A stretch of 32,558 bases of DNA. It comes from Lama guanicoe (lineage: Eukaryota). Below are positions 21,500-32,558 of this stretch, one piece after another. The notes beneath the pieces are model-generated. The model made no database searches, was not told the origin of the DNA, and saw only the letters and a program-made list of their open reading frames with translations. The stretch spans positions 1-32,558 of the forward strand of contig MU054044.1 in NCBI GenBank assembly GCA_013239625.1, written 5' to 3'. Each line of letters begins with the position of its first letter. Position 1 is the stretch's first letter. The translations under genes and the position numbers were made by a program.

Positions 21500-24105
21500 T
21501 CTAGTCAGTGAACTTTGGAGAAATTCATAAAGTCATGTAATCACAACCATGACTGGGATACAGAAGTTTCCTAACTGAAAAAAAAAAATCTCCTATTTTA
21601 CTCAAATTCTCTCCATGTCTCAACCCATGGCTACCACTAATTGTTTTTACTTTTCTAGAAGGCCACACACATGAAATCATACAGTATGGCAGTAATCTTG
21701 ACTCTGAATTCTTTCAGGACACAATGCATTTGAGATTCCTCTGCACTGCTGCAAGTTCTTTTTATTGCTGAGTAGTGTGCCATTGTATCAGTGTACACCC
21801 ATAGGACATCTGTTTCTAGATTTCAACAATTATAAATTATTCTGCTACAAACAGTCACATGCAGGTTATTTTGTCAACAGCATTATTTATTTCTCTGAAT
21901 ATATAATTAAGAATGGAACTGCTGGGTCATATGGTAAGAGCATGTTTAATTTATAAGAAATACTGTTTTACATTCCCTCCAGCAGTGCATAATTTACATC
22001 TGCTCAGGTCCTCAGCACTTACTATTGTCATTTTAAAAATATGTATTCACTTTAATAGATGTGCAGTGGTTTCTCACTGGGGTTTTATTTTAGTTTTCCA
22101 ATGCCTAATGATGTTGAGCATCTTTTATTGTGCATATTTGCCATTGGTTTATCTTCAGTGATAAACTATCATTCAAATATTCAAATTCATTCAAATACTT
22201 TAACACTGTCTTTCAACAGATATGGAGAAAATAGTTTCTTCTATCTTTAGTTTGCATCTTTACTCTCTTAACAGTTATTTTTCTCAGAGCAATTTTTAAA
22301 AACTTGATGAAGCCTAGTTATCAAGATTTTCTTTTATGAACCATGCTTTTGATGTTTTAACAAAGAACAGTTGAGTTAGTCTGTGGCCCTGAAATTTTTC
22401 TTTTCAGTTTTTGTCTAAAAATATTAGTTTTACACTTACATTTAGATTTACTACCCATTTTGAGTTAATTTTTGTATAAAGTATAAAATGAGAGGTACCA
22501 GACTATCCTACCCCAACATATGCCTCCTTGACATCGGGGTTCTTTTGAGCCAAAGGCCACTGAGAACCAAGAGACACAGGGAAAGCTCTAAAATCTGAGC
22601 ACAAGTTCTCCTTTTTTAAGGAAATTTACATTTATAAAGTCAATTTCCATTTCTTTAGAAATGTCTACCAGGAAGAGGAAGACTCTTAACAATTCTTATT
22701 AATGGAGAAAGCATTGACTTAAAGCTGCAAAGCAAACCTTACTAAACAACCCTTGTTTACTATTTTTTCCCCCTGGGCACGTTTCCATAACTTGCTTCCC
22801 CTGCCCAGAAACCCCAAATTCCTTTTCCTTTGTTTTAGCCTAAGATGATATATAAACCCAAGTTCTAACCAATTTGAGTTACTCATCTCTGAGTACTCCC
22901 ATTTGTAGGTGCTATGCACATGTTATTAAACTTGTTTGTTTTCCTCTTATTAACCTGTTTTTCTGGCCAGTCTCCTTTACAGGGCCACTACTGGATAACC
23001 TAAGATGGTAGAGGAAAAGATTTTTCCTCCTTTGCAAAGGCAAGATCAACTTTTGCTTTTTGCATATTGACATTCAGTTGTTATAGTCTTTGTTTATTGC
23101 AAAGATATTCTTTTTCCATTGAATTACCTTTGTCAAAATCAACTGACTATGTTTATGTGCATCTATTTCTGCATTCTATTTTACACATCTGTATGTCTAC
23201 CCTTTCACAAAGATTATAGTAGCTTAATTACTGTAGCTTAATACAGTTTACTTAAAACCAGATAGAGACTTGCAGCTTTGTTCTTTTTCAAAATCATTTT
23301 GCCTAATCCAGTAACTCTGCATTCCATAAGCAAGATAGACCCAACATACAGATATCCCCAAAACTCCTGCTGGAACTTGACTGAGATTTCTTAAATTTAT
23401 AGGACAATTTGAGGGAACTAAAATCTTAATTATACTGAGTCTTCAAATCCATGAATATGGTTTATCTCTCCACTTATTTATATCTTCTTTTTCTTTATTA
23501 GTTCTGTGTAGTTTTCAACATACAAATCCTCCACATACTACATTAGACTTTGGACCCAAAATTGCTGATTCTGGGAGCAATTTAAAGGTAATTTTTATTT
23601 CAGCTTTTAATTGGTCATTGTTAGTTAACAGGAGAAAAATAATCAATTGTGTATATTGATCTTGTATATTGTTATCTTGATCAATTTTCTTTTTATTCCT
23701 AGAATCTTTTAGGCACAGTCCTTGGCATTTTCTATGTAAATAACCATTTCTTTTGTGATTATAAACAACTTTTTTCTTTCAAATCTGTATGCACTTTATT
23801 TATTTTTCTTGCTTACTGCATTGTCTAGGACTTCCAGTGAAATCTTAGATGGGGAGAATGAAACAGATATCCATGACTTGTTTCTAATCACAAAGAAATC
23901 ATCTAAACTTTCTCTAAATATGAGGCCAACAGTGAGTTTGTTGATACTGTCAGGTTAAGGATGTTTCCTTCTCTCCTTAAAATGCTGAGAAATTTTATCA
24001 TGAATGCATACTGAGTTATTTCAAATGCTTTTAAACATACAGTAGTATGATCACTTGGTTTTGCTTATTTATTCTGTAAATATGATAGATTACACTGATT
24101 GTTTT
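21500..24105 (-). mobile_element. Old LINE-1 (L1MC/L1MD-like) 3'UTR plus ORF2 3' half, interrupted by a MER34-like LTR
   Basis: 'gtcatgtaatcacaaccatgactgggatacagaa...cccatggctaccactaatt...catgaaatcatacagtatg', then 'gaatggaactgctgggtcatatggtaag', 'ctaatgatgttgagcatctttt' and 'ccattttgagttaatttttgtata'. It resumes after the LTR with 'tttgcatattgacattcagttg' and continues to 'attacactgattg'. Confidence 0.85.
22489..23036 (+). mobile_element. Solo ERV1 LTR, MER34-like
   Basis: TG...CA termini. 5' end 'tgagaggtaccagactatcctaccccaacatatgcctccttgacat...ttttgagccaaaggc' is the MER34/MER39-type start. TATA 'gatatataaaccc' at ~22847, poly(A)-like 'attaaa' at ~22925, and 3' end 'aacctaagatggtagaggaaaagatttttcctcctttgca'. 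Confidence 0.85.
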
Positions 24106-24107
24106 TT

Positions 24108-24300
24108 TAAACTGATTTAGGTACAATTTAATATCATAAAATTTATCACCCATTTAAGTATACAATTCAATGATTTTAGAAAATTTATACAGGTGTGCAA
24201 TCATCACAACAATCTAATTTTAAACTATTACCATCACCCCAGAGAGTTGCCTTCGTGTTCATTCAAAATAGAGTTGCCTTTGTTCATTCAAAATTACTCC
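24108..24300 (-). mobile_element. L1MB-like 3' end fragment (probably continues at ~25066-25125 after the younger L1)
   Basis: 'aggtacaatttaatatcataaaatttatcacccatttaagtatacaattcaatgattttagaaaatttatacaggtgtgcaatcatcacaacaatctaattttaaactattaccatcacccc' is the L1MB 3' terminus, antisense. Confidence 0.75.
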
Positions 24301-24307
24301 CTTCTTA

Positions 24308-24579
24308 AACTCTTGTACACTGTTGATGGGAATGTAAATTGGTGCAGCCACTGTGGAAAACAGTATGGAAGTTATTCTAAAAAAGCAAAAGTGGAACTAC
24401 AATATGATCCAACAATTCCACTCGTGGCTATGTATCTGAAGAAAATGAAAACATTAATCCAAAAAGATGTATGCACCTCAATGTTCATAGCAGCATTATT
24501 TACAATAACTAAGATATGGAAGCAACCTAAGTTGTCTATCAGCAGATGAATGGATAAAGAAGCAGTGGTATATGTGTAG

Positions 24580-24630
<51 letters not shown>

Positions 24631-25065
24631 AGATACATATATGCCATGGACTACGACTCAGCCACAAAAAAAGAATGAAGTTTTCCATTTGCAACAACAA
24701 TAGATGGACTTGGAGGGTATTATGCTTAGTGAAATAAGTCAGAAAAAAAATACTGTATATTATCACTTACGTACAGAATCTAAAAATAAAACAAACCAGT
24801 GAACATAGTGTAAGAGAAACAGACTCTCAGGTATAGAGAATGAACAAGTTGTCACCAGTGGGGAGAGAGACAAGACAGGAGCAGAGGATTAAGTGATATG
24901 AACTATGTATAAGATAAATAAGCTACAAGGATATAATGTACAGCAAAGGGAATATAGCCAATATTTTATAATAACTATAAAGGGAATATAATCTTTAAAA
25001 ATTGTGAATCACTATTTTGTATACCTGAAACTTATACTGTAAATCAACTATACCTCAATTAAAAA
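24308..25065 (+). mobile_element. 5'-truncated LINE-1, L1MA9-like (ORF2 C-terminus plus 3'UTR)
   Basis: ORF 24193-24549 includes 'LLYTVDGNVNWCSHCGKQYG...ELQYDPTIPLVAMYLKKMKTLIQKDVCTSMFIAALFTITKIWKQPK', the ORF2 Cys-rich/C-terminal region. The 3'UTR ends 'gggaatatagccaatattttataataac...aaatcaactatacctcaattaaaaa'. Confidence 0.92.
24583..24627. repeat. (CA)n microsatellite inside the L1
   Basis: Perfect AC run of about 22 units. Confidence 0.97.
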
Positions 25066-25134
25066 TTATTTTCATCTTCTACTACCAGACTTAGACAACC
25101 TCCCCTAGACATAAGTAATCTACATATTTAACAT

Positions 25135-25830
25135 TTTTGTTGTTCTTTATAACATGGCATGATATTACTTCATTTCAACCGAAGGTATTTTTAGTATTTC
25201 TTGTAAGGTGGGTCTGTTTATCTGGTCTTTATTTCACTTTCATATTGGAAGTATTATTTTAACAGCTTTATCGATATATAATTGATACACAAGGACCTGC
25301 ATATATTTAAAGTATACAATTTGATGATTTTGAAACATATGTGAAATCATCACCCCAATCAACGTAACAAACATATCCACCATGTCCAGAAATTAGGAAG
25401 ACCTTTTCTTTTTCTTTCTATAATGTGAGTAGATTCTTCCACAGCCTTTTGCCTGCCATTATTTCTGATATAAAACAGCCTTCAATAGTACTGATTTCCC
25501 ATGTATGAACCATTTTTCTCTTGCTGCGTTTAAAATTTTCACTTTTGGCTTTCAACAGTTTGACCATAAATTTCTAGGTGTGGATTCTTTGTACTTATCC
25601 TGTTTAGAATTTATCAAGCTTCTTGGATATGCAGACTAATGTTTTCCATAAAATTGGGGAAATTTTAATCATTTTTATCATGTATTTTTCTACTCCTTTT
25701 TTTCCAGTCCTCTCAGATGCCTGTCACATATATTTTGGTACATCTGGTATTTTCTAAAAGTTCTCTGAAGCTCTATTTATTCTTCAATCTTTAAAAGACT
25801 TTTTTTCTTCACACTGAATCATTTATTGCT
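25135..25830 (-). mobile_element. Old LINE-1 ORF1-region fragment, with a short L1MB-like 3' piece nested at ~25255-25395
   Basis: 'tttagtatttcttgtaaggtgggtctg', 'tttttctcttgctgcgtttaaaattttc...ggctttcaacagtttgaccataa...ctaggtgtggatt' and 'gcttcttggatatgcagactaatg' are antisense L1 ORF1. The nested piece reads 'aacagctttatcgatatataattgatacacaagg...atatttaaagtatacaatttgatg'. Confidence 0.75.
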
Positions 25831-25831
25831 A

Positions 25832-26900
25832 GTTAAAATTGTAATGTATCAGACCATGTAGAGTTGGTCCAGGTATAAAAAAATAAGTCAACAGGATAAA
25901 ATAGAGTGGAAAAATAAATTGGCACTGGATATACAACCGAAGTCACACTCCTGTTTAATGGAGAAAGGACGGACTAGTCAATAAACGGTTTCTCAAAAAT
26001 TAGTTAACTGGACAAAAGGGAATGTAAACTAAATTCCACATTAAAATCAGCATTAGATGGATTAAAATGTTTAATACATAAGTTAAAATTTGAAAAGCTT
26101 TAGAAGCATTCGTGTAGAATAACTTTATGACCTCACTGGAGGGATGGATTCTTAAATAAGACATCATGGGAAAATAATATATTTGATATCTTTATATAAA
26201 AATCATCTTTGTATCAAAAAGTGTGATAGAAAGAACATGTTACAGACAGAAAACATGTTTGAGTGCATGTAGCCAACAATTAATATCCAAAACATAAGAA
26301 GGTATTTTATATAATTCAATAAAAAAATAAAAGTAAAATAAAAATCAATACACTAATTATATAACATTATTTTCAATTACACTAGTAATCAGCAAAACCT
26401 CAAAATTATGCATTATCATTCTATTATTGTGACCAAAAATAAACACACCTATATAAACACACATACAAACAACAAAAATCACACACAAAAAAACCAAAAA
26501 ACATTTAACAGTATCACATGCAGTCATGGATATAGAATATTAGAATCCATAATCCACTAATATTGAAATGTAAATTGTCAAAACTACTTTGAAGAACTAT
26601 TTGGCAATATTTAACAAAGCTGAATATACTCATACCCTCAAATTTCCACTACCAAAGGTTAAAGATATTATAGATTAAACATGAGTATAAGACATTACAA
26701 TAATGTTATAGTGAGATTAAAACACAGTGGAAGGAGGAAAACTGGAAATATTGAATGTAAACAAGTCTCTTGAATAGCAAAAAGAGAGGTGTGTTCAAAA
26801 TATATTTTTTAGATTGGACTGAAATAACCTCATGCGTATGTGCTGAGTGGAATGATGCACTGACATGTATGGGATTCAAACGCTGGTGGTAGGTAGACAT
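25832..26900 (+). mobile_element. Highly decayed L1 (L1ME-like) ORF2 3' part
   Basis: 'aatggagaaaggacggactagtcaataaacggt', 'aaaatcagcattagatggattaaa', 'tatgacctcactggagggatggattcttaaataagaca' and 'atgtaaattgtcaaaactactttgaagaactatttggcaatatttaacaaagctgaatata'. Confidence 0.7.
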
Positions 26901-27094
26901 GAGGGTGAATGTCAATGGAAAGTTTATGGAAATAAAGTGTTTTACAAGCTTATTGTATATCTTTATGGAAATAAAGATAATCTCTCCTCTTGGATTCTAA
27001 TTTCCATCTCTGCAATCCTTCAGACAAAGTAAAAGACCTATTTCCTCAAGCAATTTCTCTATAATAAATGATCATGACAATAACATTCATATAG

Positions 27095-27480
27095 AGTATC
27101 TGACCCTTTATTATTTGACAAGACCTGTCCTTGCTAAGGCGTAGAGAATCAGACTGAGAGAGGCTAAGAGATTCACCGAAGATAAAGTAGCTAGGAACAC
27201 AAATGTAAAATGTAAACCAATGCCGACTGACTCCAGAATTCAACTTAGCCAACTTAAATAACTTAACCCTGTCATACTGCCCATCTGACTATATACATAC
27301 CAGTTCTTTAACTTGCAACTAACGTTTAAGTGTTTTCCATATTTTCTTATACACATGCTTTTTATACTGTGGATTTTTCGATCATAACAAAACTCTGAGA
27401 TAGCAAGCTTCGAGATACACTTTTCCAGTTACCTGGCAATAAGCGGCTTGACAATAAGGCAATGAGAAGTCTGAGCTGAG
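27095..27480 (-). mobile_element. Degenerate MIR fragments
   Basis: 'agactgagagaggctaagagattcaccgaagataaagtagctagg...ctgactccaga' is MIR-like and is followed by a second, weaker copy. Confidence 0.4.
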
Positions 27481-28361
27481 ACAGTCTTCAGTATTTTACA
27501 TTTCTTGATCCATCCTTGTCTAGACTTATTCTGCTTCTTTTATCTTTCTAGTTATATGAGCCAAAAGTATTTTTTTCTTTAAAATAATTTGAGTTCACCA
27601 AAAGAGACCAGAATAATCCAATCCCAACCTTCAGTCAGATTCAGCCTTTCCCTTCCTTATGTTCTCATTAGAGTTTCTTCATATATAGCATTTAGTAAAC
27701 TATCATTGAACTTTTCTGTATACATTTCCTATTTTCTCAAGCTGGAAGGTAAAGACTGTATCTTCTTAAACTCTGGAGTACTGCTTTCCCTGATTTTATG
27801 CTTCCGAAATAGTTATTGTAGGAAAAATTATAATATATTAAAATTGATTAAAAAGAATAAAGACCTGTGGCAGAAATGTGGTCCTTCAGTCAAAAGAAAC
27901 TGAATTCTTCTATAATCGATAACATTGTATTTTAATTTTCCCACTGGCATAATAGGGATTAAATGGCCCTAAGGCATTAAAAGTATTAAAATGGTTAATG
28001 TAGAGTTTCACATTTTTAGTATATGTAGATTAATGGTACTGAAGATTGTGTATATGTAGCTTCTCCATTTCTTCATGAAGTTTTCTGTCTAAATATGAGA
28101 AAAAGAAGACTTCTATATGTCACATTAGTAATCGATATGAACAACATAGTATTTGCTAGAAACAATTACCATACATAGAAATAATTTCCCAGTTTTTTAC
28201 CTACCGAAATATATTATAACTATTTCCATGTTGTCCATAATTTTAATTATCAGGAATACTTACTTCATTTCCTAATAAAAGTCACATTTATTGTAGAAAC
28301 ATTTATGGTTATGCCAAAATTTAGTATGATTTTTTTTGTCACAAATAAAACTAATTTTATC

Positions 28362-30600
28362 TTTTTAACTTTAAACAGATTTTTATTACAGAAAGGTTGT
28401 CACATAATTAACTATTTCTCTGCATTGTACACAATTATTTTTATTCCCCACAGTAAGACTGCTTCCTAACTTCCTATCTGGTGATGACTGGTACTAAAAT
28501 TCTAGTTTTAACAGAATAGTAATAAAAATTCCTCAGTGATTTAGGTTGAAGGCAGTTCACTGGGACATGGCTCTTGCACTGTTACTGGGAATGTACAAAT
28601 GTCTTTTTACTCTTTTGTCTTTCACATACGAAAAACAAGATAAATTATCTGTAGGCATGGGCAGTGGCAGCAGTAAACCATTGTATGTTTTCCACTGAAA
28701 CTAGTAACTGATGGTTATAGTTATTTCCTTATACAATAAGCCACCTTTTCTTCCTTCATTTCCTTCAACTGACTTCTCTGAAGTTATTGGTGAGGAACGC
28801 TGCCTTGAGCTTCCTTCACAACTCAGTAACAATGGTTAAGCACTATTTCAGAAATATAACATGCTACCTCCCATACCAACTCCCGTTCCATCATTCTACC
28901 CATTAGAGGGTCCTTCTGTTTAGAACTTCCTGTGACTACATCTTCTGCTATAATTAATCAGGAGGTCTCTCCAGCATCATCCAATAAAGTACTTCTTACA
29001 ACCTTCATTGGACCTTTGATTCCTTTATCATCAAATTCACATAATCTACAAGCGTACTGCCGTAACCAACTCCTGAGGAGCTTTGCCTAATTTTCTCAGC
29101 TATCACTGATCCTTCAACAACTGAATTCTTAGTAATGGTCATTGCAGGAACTTTGAATGTTCTTTTAATAATTTCCGTATCAATTTTTGATCTGCCTTAG
29201 CTGGAGTTATTGAGTCCAAGGCTGGAATGCACTGAAGCAGAGCACAAACACCTTCCAGAACAATGCGTTCCTCAACAGCAGCTCATGTAACACTGAGAGC
29301 ACCTGTAACTCTTTTTATTCACTTCAACACCATCTGTCTCAACCAACTTTCAGCAAAATTACTCCACCTGAGTTCTGTCAGATGATCATTTCACTTTATC
29401 TTTTCATATTTACTGGTTGTAATATATAATAGCTCAATGATCTCTTAAATATGTTTTGCAGTTTGAACTTTGTCACCTTTTTCTTTCAAGAGCATGGCAT
29501 CATCTTTGGTCACAACGACCTCCCAACTTCTCCTAAGTCTAGAGGCTTAACAACTTCAAGATTTAGAGTCAATCCTTCTTTTTCAAACACGGCACTATCA
29601 GAAAAATAGCCAAGATTTTAATATGCTTCTTCCTATTTAATATGCTTCTTGGTCACCAAAACCAAGAGCTTTAACTGATATAACTTGAAGACCAACTTTT
29701 AGCCTATTCAAAACAAATGTATCTAGACATTCTCCATCAACATCTTTAGCAATTATGATCAAGGGCTTACAGTGAGCATAGGAAAGTTAAGAGCAGATAT
29801 AATAAACTGAATAGAAGAAATTTTCTTTCATTCAACAAAGCATAGGCATCTTGTAATTCACATTTCTGACGTTTTGATGTATCAATACAGTATAGAGAAA
29901 TATAACCTCAATAAAATTCATGCCCTCAGTAATTTCTAATTCATCATTAAATGTTTTTCCATTCCTTACTGTGACAACACTCTTTCTTCTAACCTTTTTT
30001 ATTGCATCAGATATGATGTAGCATTTGTCTCCATTTGCAAAACTCCCAACAACGTGAGCAATTTCTTCAAGGGTTGCCACAGGTTTAGACTACCTCCCAA
30101 GTTCAGCAATTACAACATCACCACATACCATCACACATCTCCTGATTTTCACTAGATTAGCATCTTGGTTAATCTTCTAAAAGCCTTCTTTGGCAATAAA
30201 ACTTGCCAGCACAGCAGCAGTAGCATATCATTCCCATCCTCTTCATTTATGCTGTTGGCAACATCTTAAACAAGTTTAGTGCTAATATTTTTGTATTTAT
30301 CTTTTAAATCAGTGGATTTTGCAATGGTCACATCATCTCTTGTTATTTTGGGACTTCCCAAGCTCTGCTCAACAATCACTGCATTTCCCTTTGGCCCACA
30401 GTAACAGCTACAGCATCAGCTAAAAGGTATACAGCGTGAAGCATTAAGAATAGAGAATCTGCAACAAAATTTACATATTTGGCATAAGTCTAAGTGTGAT
30501 GAGAAGCCAGTGCCTTGGACATTGGTTTTATCTGGGGAAGGACTGTCAGTAATTGAAGCATTTCTGCCAGGCAGCAGCAGGGAATCTGTGGTGAGTGAGG
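28362..30600 (-). pseudogene. HSPD1: Full-length processed pseudogene of HSPD1 (mitochondrial chaperonin HSP60/Cpn60); CDS-equivalent 30561 to ~28854
   Basis: Minus strand from ATG at 30561 gives [53 protein letters not shown] (HSP60: [52 protein letters not shown]). ORF 29832-30080 gives EEIAHV...[39 protein letters not shown] decayed GGM-repeat tail lies at ~28860-28915. It has no introns, a 5'UTR remnant (cctcactcacc) to 30600, a 3'UTR ending 'gtgacaacctttctgtaataaaaatctgtttaaagttaaaaa', and many stops and frameshifts. Confidence 0.97.
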
Positions 30601-31237
30601 AAAAACTACATTCCTTTCCCTTGTTATTCATTTAATCCTGAGGTAACCAAATTTAAATTTGAATACACTTGAATGGAGTGCCTAAAGGGGTAAAATTCGT
30701 CTCACATTTAATGTTATAGAAACTACTTCATGCTCTTAGAACAGATACATTTGAACACAATTTTCTACTGAGCAAAACAGAATCAAAATTTGTAGTTGCA
30801 AATTAAGAACTCCTGAAGCCTACAAATGAAATGTGAAAGTTATATTTTAGGTATTATATCTGACTTACCAAGCAATCAATTTTTTATCTACTCTAAGTTC
30901 TCCGAGAACTGAGTTGAAATTGACTTAATTTAAAAATAGAGCAAAGAGCCTTCCGCACATTCAAAATTTAAGACATAAACTCACTCAAATAAAATTTGTT
31001 AAATTCACTAATCAAAGAATTCCTCAGGCCTTAACCCAGACTAATGCTTTTGAGTGACTGAGCAATATCCTTGTTCAACAGCCTTAAGAGGGCCTTTGCA
31101 TTTTTTATCAAACAATATATTGCAATTAACAATTAATTTTGCTTCAATAAGCTTTATTTCCCATGGAAGAAAAACATGTGATATATTCTCAAACAAATGC
31201 TGTTAAGAAGTGTATTAATTTAAAAAGGCTTTGGAAT

Positions 31238-32558
31238 GAGGGCATGGCCAAAATGGCAAAGTAGGGAGACCCAGAGCTCATTTCCTTCTATGGGCACATC
31301 AATATGACAACTATCTGCAGAGTGACTGTTGATGAGAAGGACTTGAAAACTAGCAGAAAACATTTTCCACAACTAAATTTATAAATAAAGAACCACAATG
31401 AGACAAGAAGGAAGGGCAGAGAAGTGCTATAGTCAAGACTCACATCCCTGGGTAGGAGACCCACGAATGGGAGGATAATCACAACTGCAGAGGTTCTCCC
31501 CAAGAAGCGTGGGGTCCAAGGCTCCCTGCTGCAGGAACCTGAACTGGGAAGATGAGCCAGCAGAACATCTGGCTCTGAAGGCCACTGGCACTTGTGTAAA
31601 GGCTTCTACAGAGGGCTGTAGAAAACAGAAACTTCAGACTTAAAGGGCTCAGGAAAAGTGTCACATGCTCCAAGACCCAGCACAGAAGTAGTAATTTAAA
31701 AGGACCCTGGGTCAGACCCACCTGCTGATGTTGGAGAGCCTCCCAGAGAAGTAGGATGCAAAAGAGAATCCCTGGGACATAGATGCTGGCAGAAACCATT
31801 TTTGGGAGCTTGTTCTACCATGAGGACACTCATGCTGCCAAGTGCCACTATGCAGTTAGCAGTAGGGGCTTATCAACACACCAGCCAGTCAGCTCCAATC
31901 CTAGGACATTTTAGGTAAAGCAGCCATTCATGTGTGGGCCTAGTCCCTACCCACAAGCAGGCTGGCACCAGGACCCCAGAACCCGACAAGCAGTACCCCA
32001 TGATGCAGCCCCATCTACCTGCATGCTGCAGCCAACTTGGTGAAAGGACAGTTCCAGCTACCAGCATACTCACAGCAGTCAACTCTGTAACAGAAGGGCT
32101 CATGCAGCCCACAAATGGAGCATCGCTTGAGCATTAAGCTCCTGTGACCAGAGGGGAGCATGCTGGGGCCCACAGGATGTCTCCTGCATCACGGCTACTT
32201 CTCCAAGATCAAGAAACATAACTGACCTACCTAATCTGTAGAAATAAAAACAGGTATCAGGCAAATGAGGTGACTGAAGAACATTTTCACAAGGAACACA
32301 GTAAGACTCCTGAAAAAGCTAAGTGAACGTAGAGATAAGCAGTCTACCCAATAAGGAATTCAAGTTATTGATTATAAAGTTGCTCAGTGAGCTCAGGAGA
32401 AAAATGGATGAACACACTGAGTTTAACAAAGAGATAGAAAATATAAAAAAGAACCAAACAGAGCTGAAAACTACAAAAACTGAAGTAAAAAAATACACCG
32501 CAACAAATCAATAGTAGACTACATGATACAGAAGAGTAGATCAGCAAACTAGAAGACA
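31238..32558 (+). mobile_element. LINE-1 5' end (5'UTR plus start of decayed ORF1), continuing beyond the window
   Basis: Begins 'gagggcatggccaaaatggcaaagtagggagacccagagctc' (L1 5' 'caagatggc' YY1-type motif). ORF1 starts near 32265, and ORF 32323-32514 'EISSLPNKEFKLLIIKLLSELRRKMDEHTEFNKEIENIKKNQTELKTTKTEVK' is the L1 ORF1p N-terminus/coiled coil. Confidence 0.9.

Noticed and set aside
25135..26900. Antisense ORF1 piece abutting a sense ORF2 3' piece as a twin-priming inversion
   Set aside because: The consensus positions are kilobases apart and the decay levels look different, so independent insertions are more likely.
29832..30080. 82-aa HSP60-like ORF as a functional truncated chaperonin
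   Set aside because: GTG start, an internal deletion and a frameshifted tail, within a copy full of stops.
1..32558. CRISPR arrays, prokaryotic operons, defence systems, tRNA/rRNA genes
   Set aside because: The DNA is mammalian. I saw no regularly spaced repeat-spacer structure and no structured RNA gene signatures.

Overview
AT-rich, CpG-poor mammalian genomic DNA, intergenic or intronic. It is probably a non-primate, non-rodent laurasiatherian: the youngest repeats are L1MA9-like 3' ends and I saw no Alu, B1/B2, SINEC, Bov-tA/BovB or PRE1. Roughly half or more of the window is decayed transposable elements: several L1s (5'UTR, ORF1, ORF2 and 3' pieces, some internally deleted or nested), L2, MIRs, a Tigger7/MER44-type DNA transposon with TIRs and TA TSD, and two solo LTRs (MER34-like and an ERVL/MER76-like one). 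There are also several microsatellites and a 514-nt assembly gap. The one clearly identifiable gene-derived sequence is a full-length, heavily decayed processed pseudogene of HSPD1 (mitochondrial chaperonin HSP60) on the minus strand at ~28362-30600. No intact protein-coding gene is supported. There is a weak candidate terminal exon plus 3'UTR near 6880-7470. I found no convincing new biological system. The oddest structure is a 63-bp inverted copy of an L1 5'UTR/ORF2 deletion junction inserted about 1.1 kb upstream inside the same element. Repeat subfamily names come from my recall of consensus sequences and need RepeatMasker/Dfam confirmation, and most repeat boundaries are approximate.
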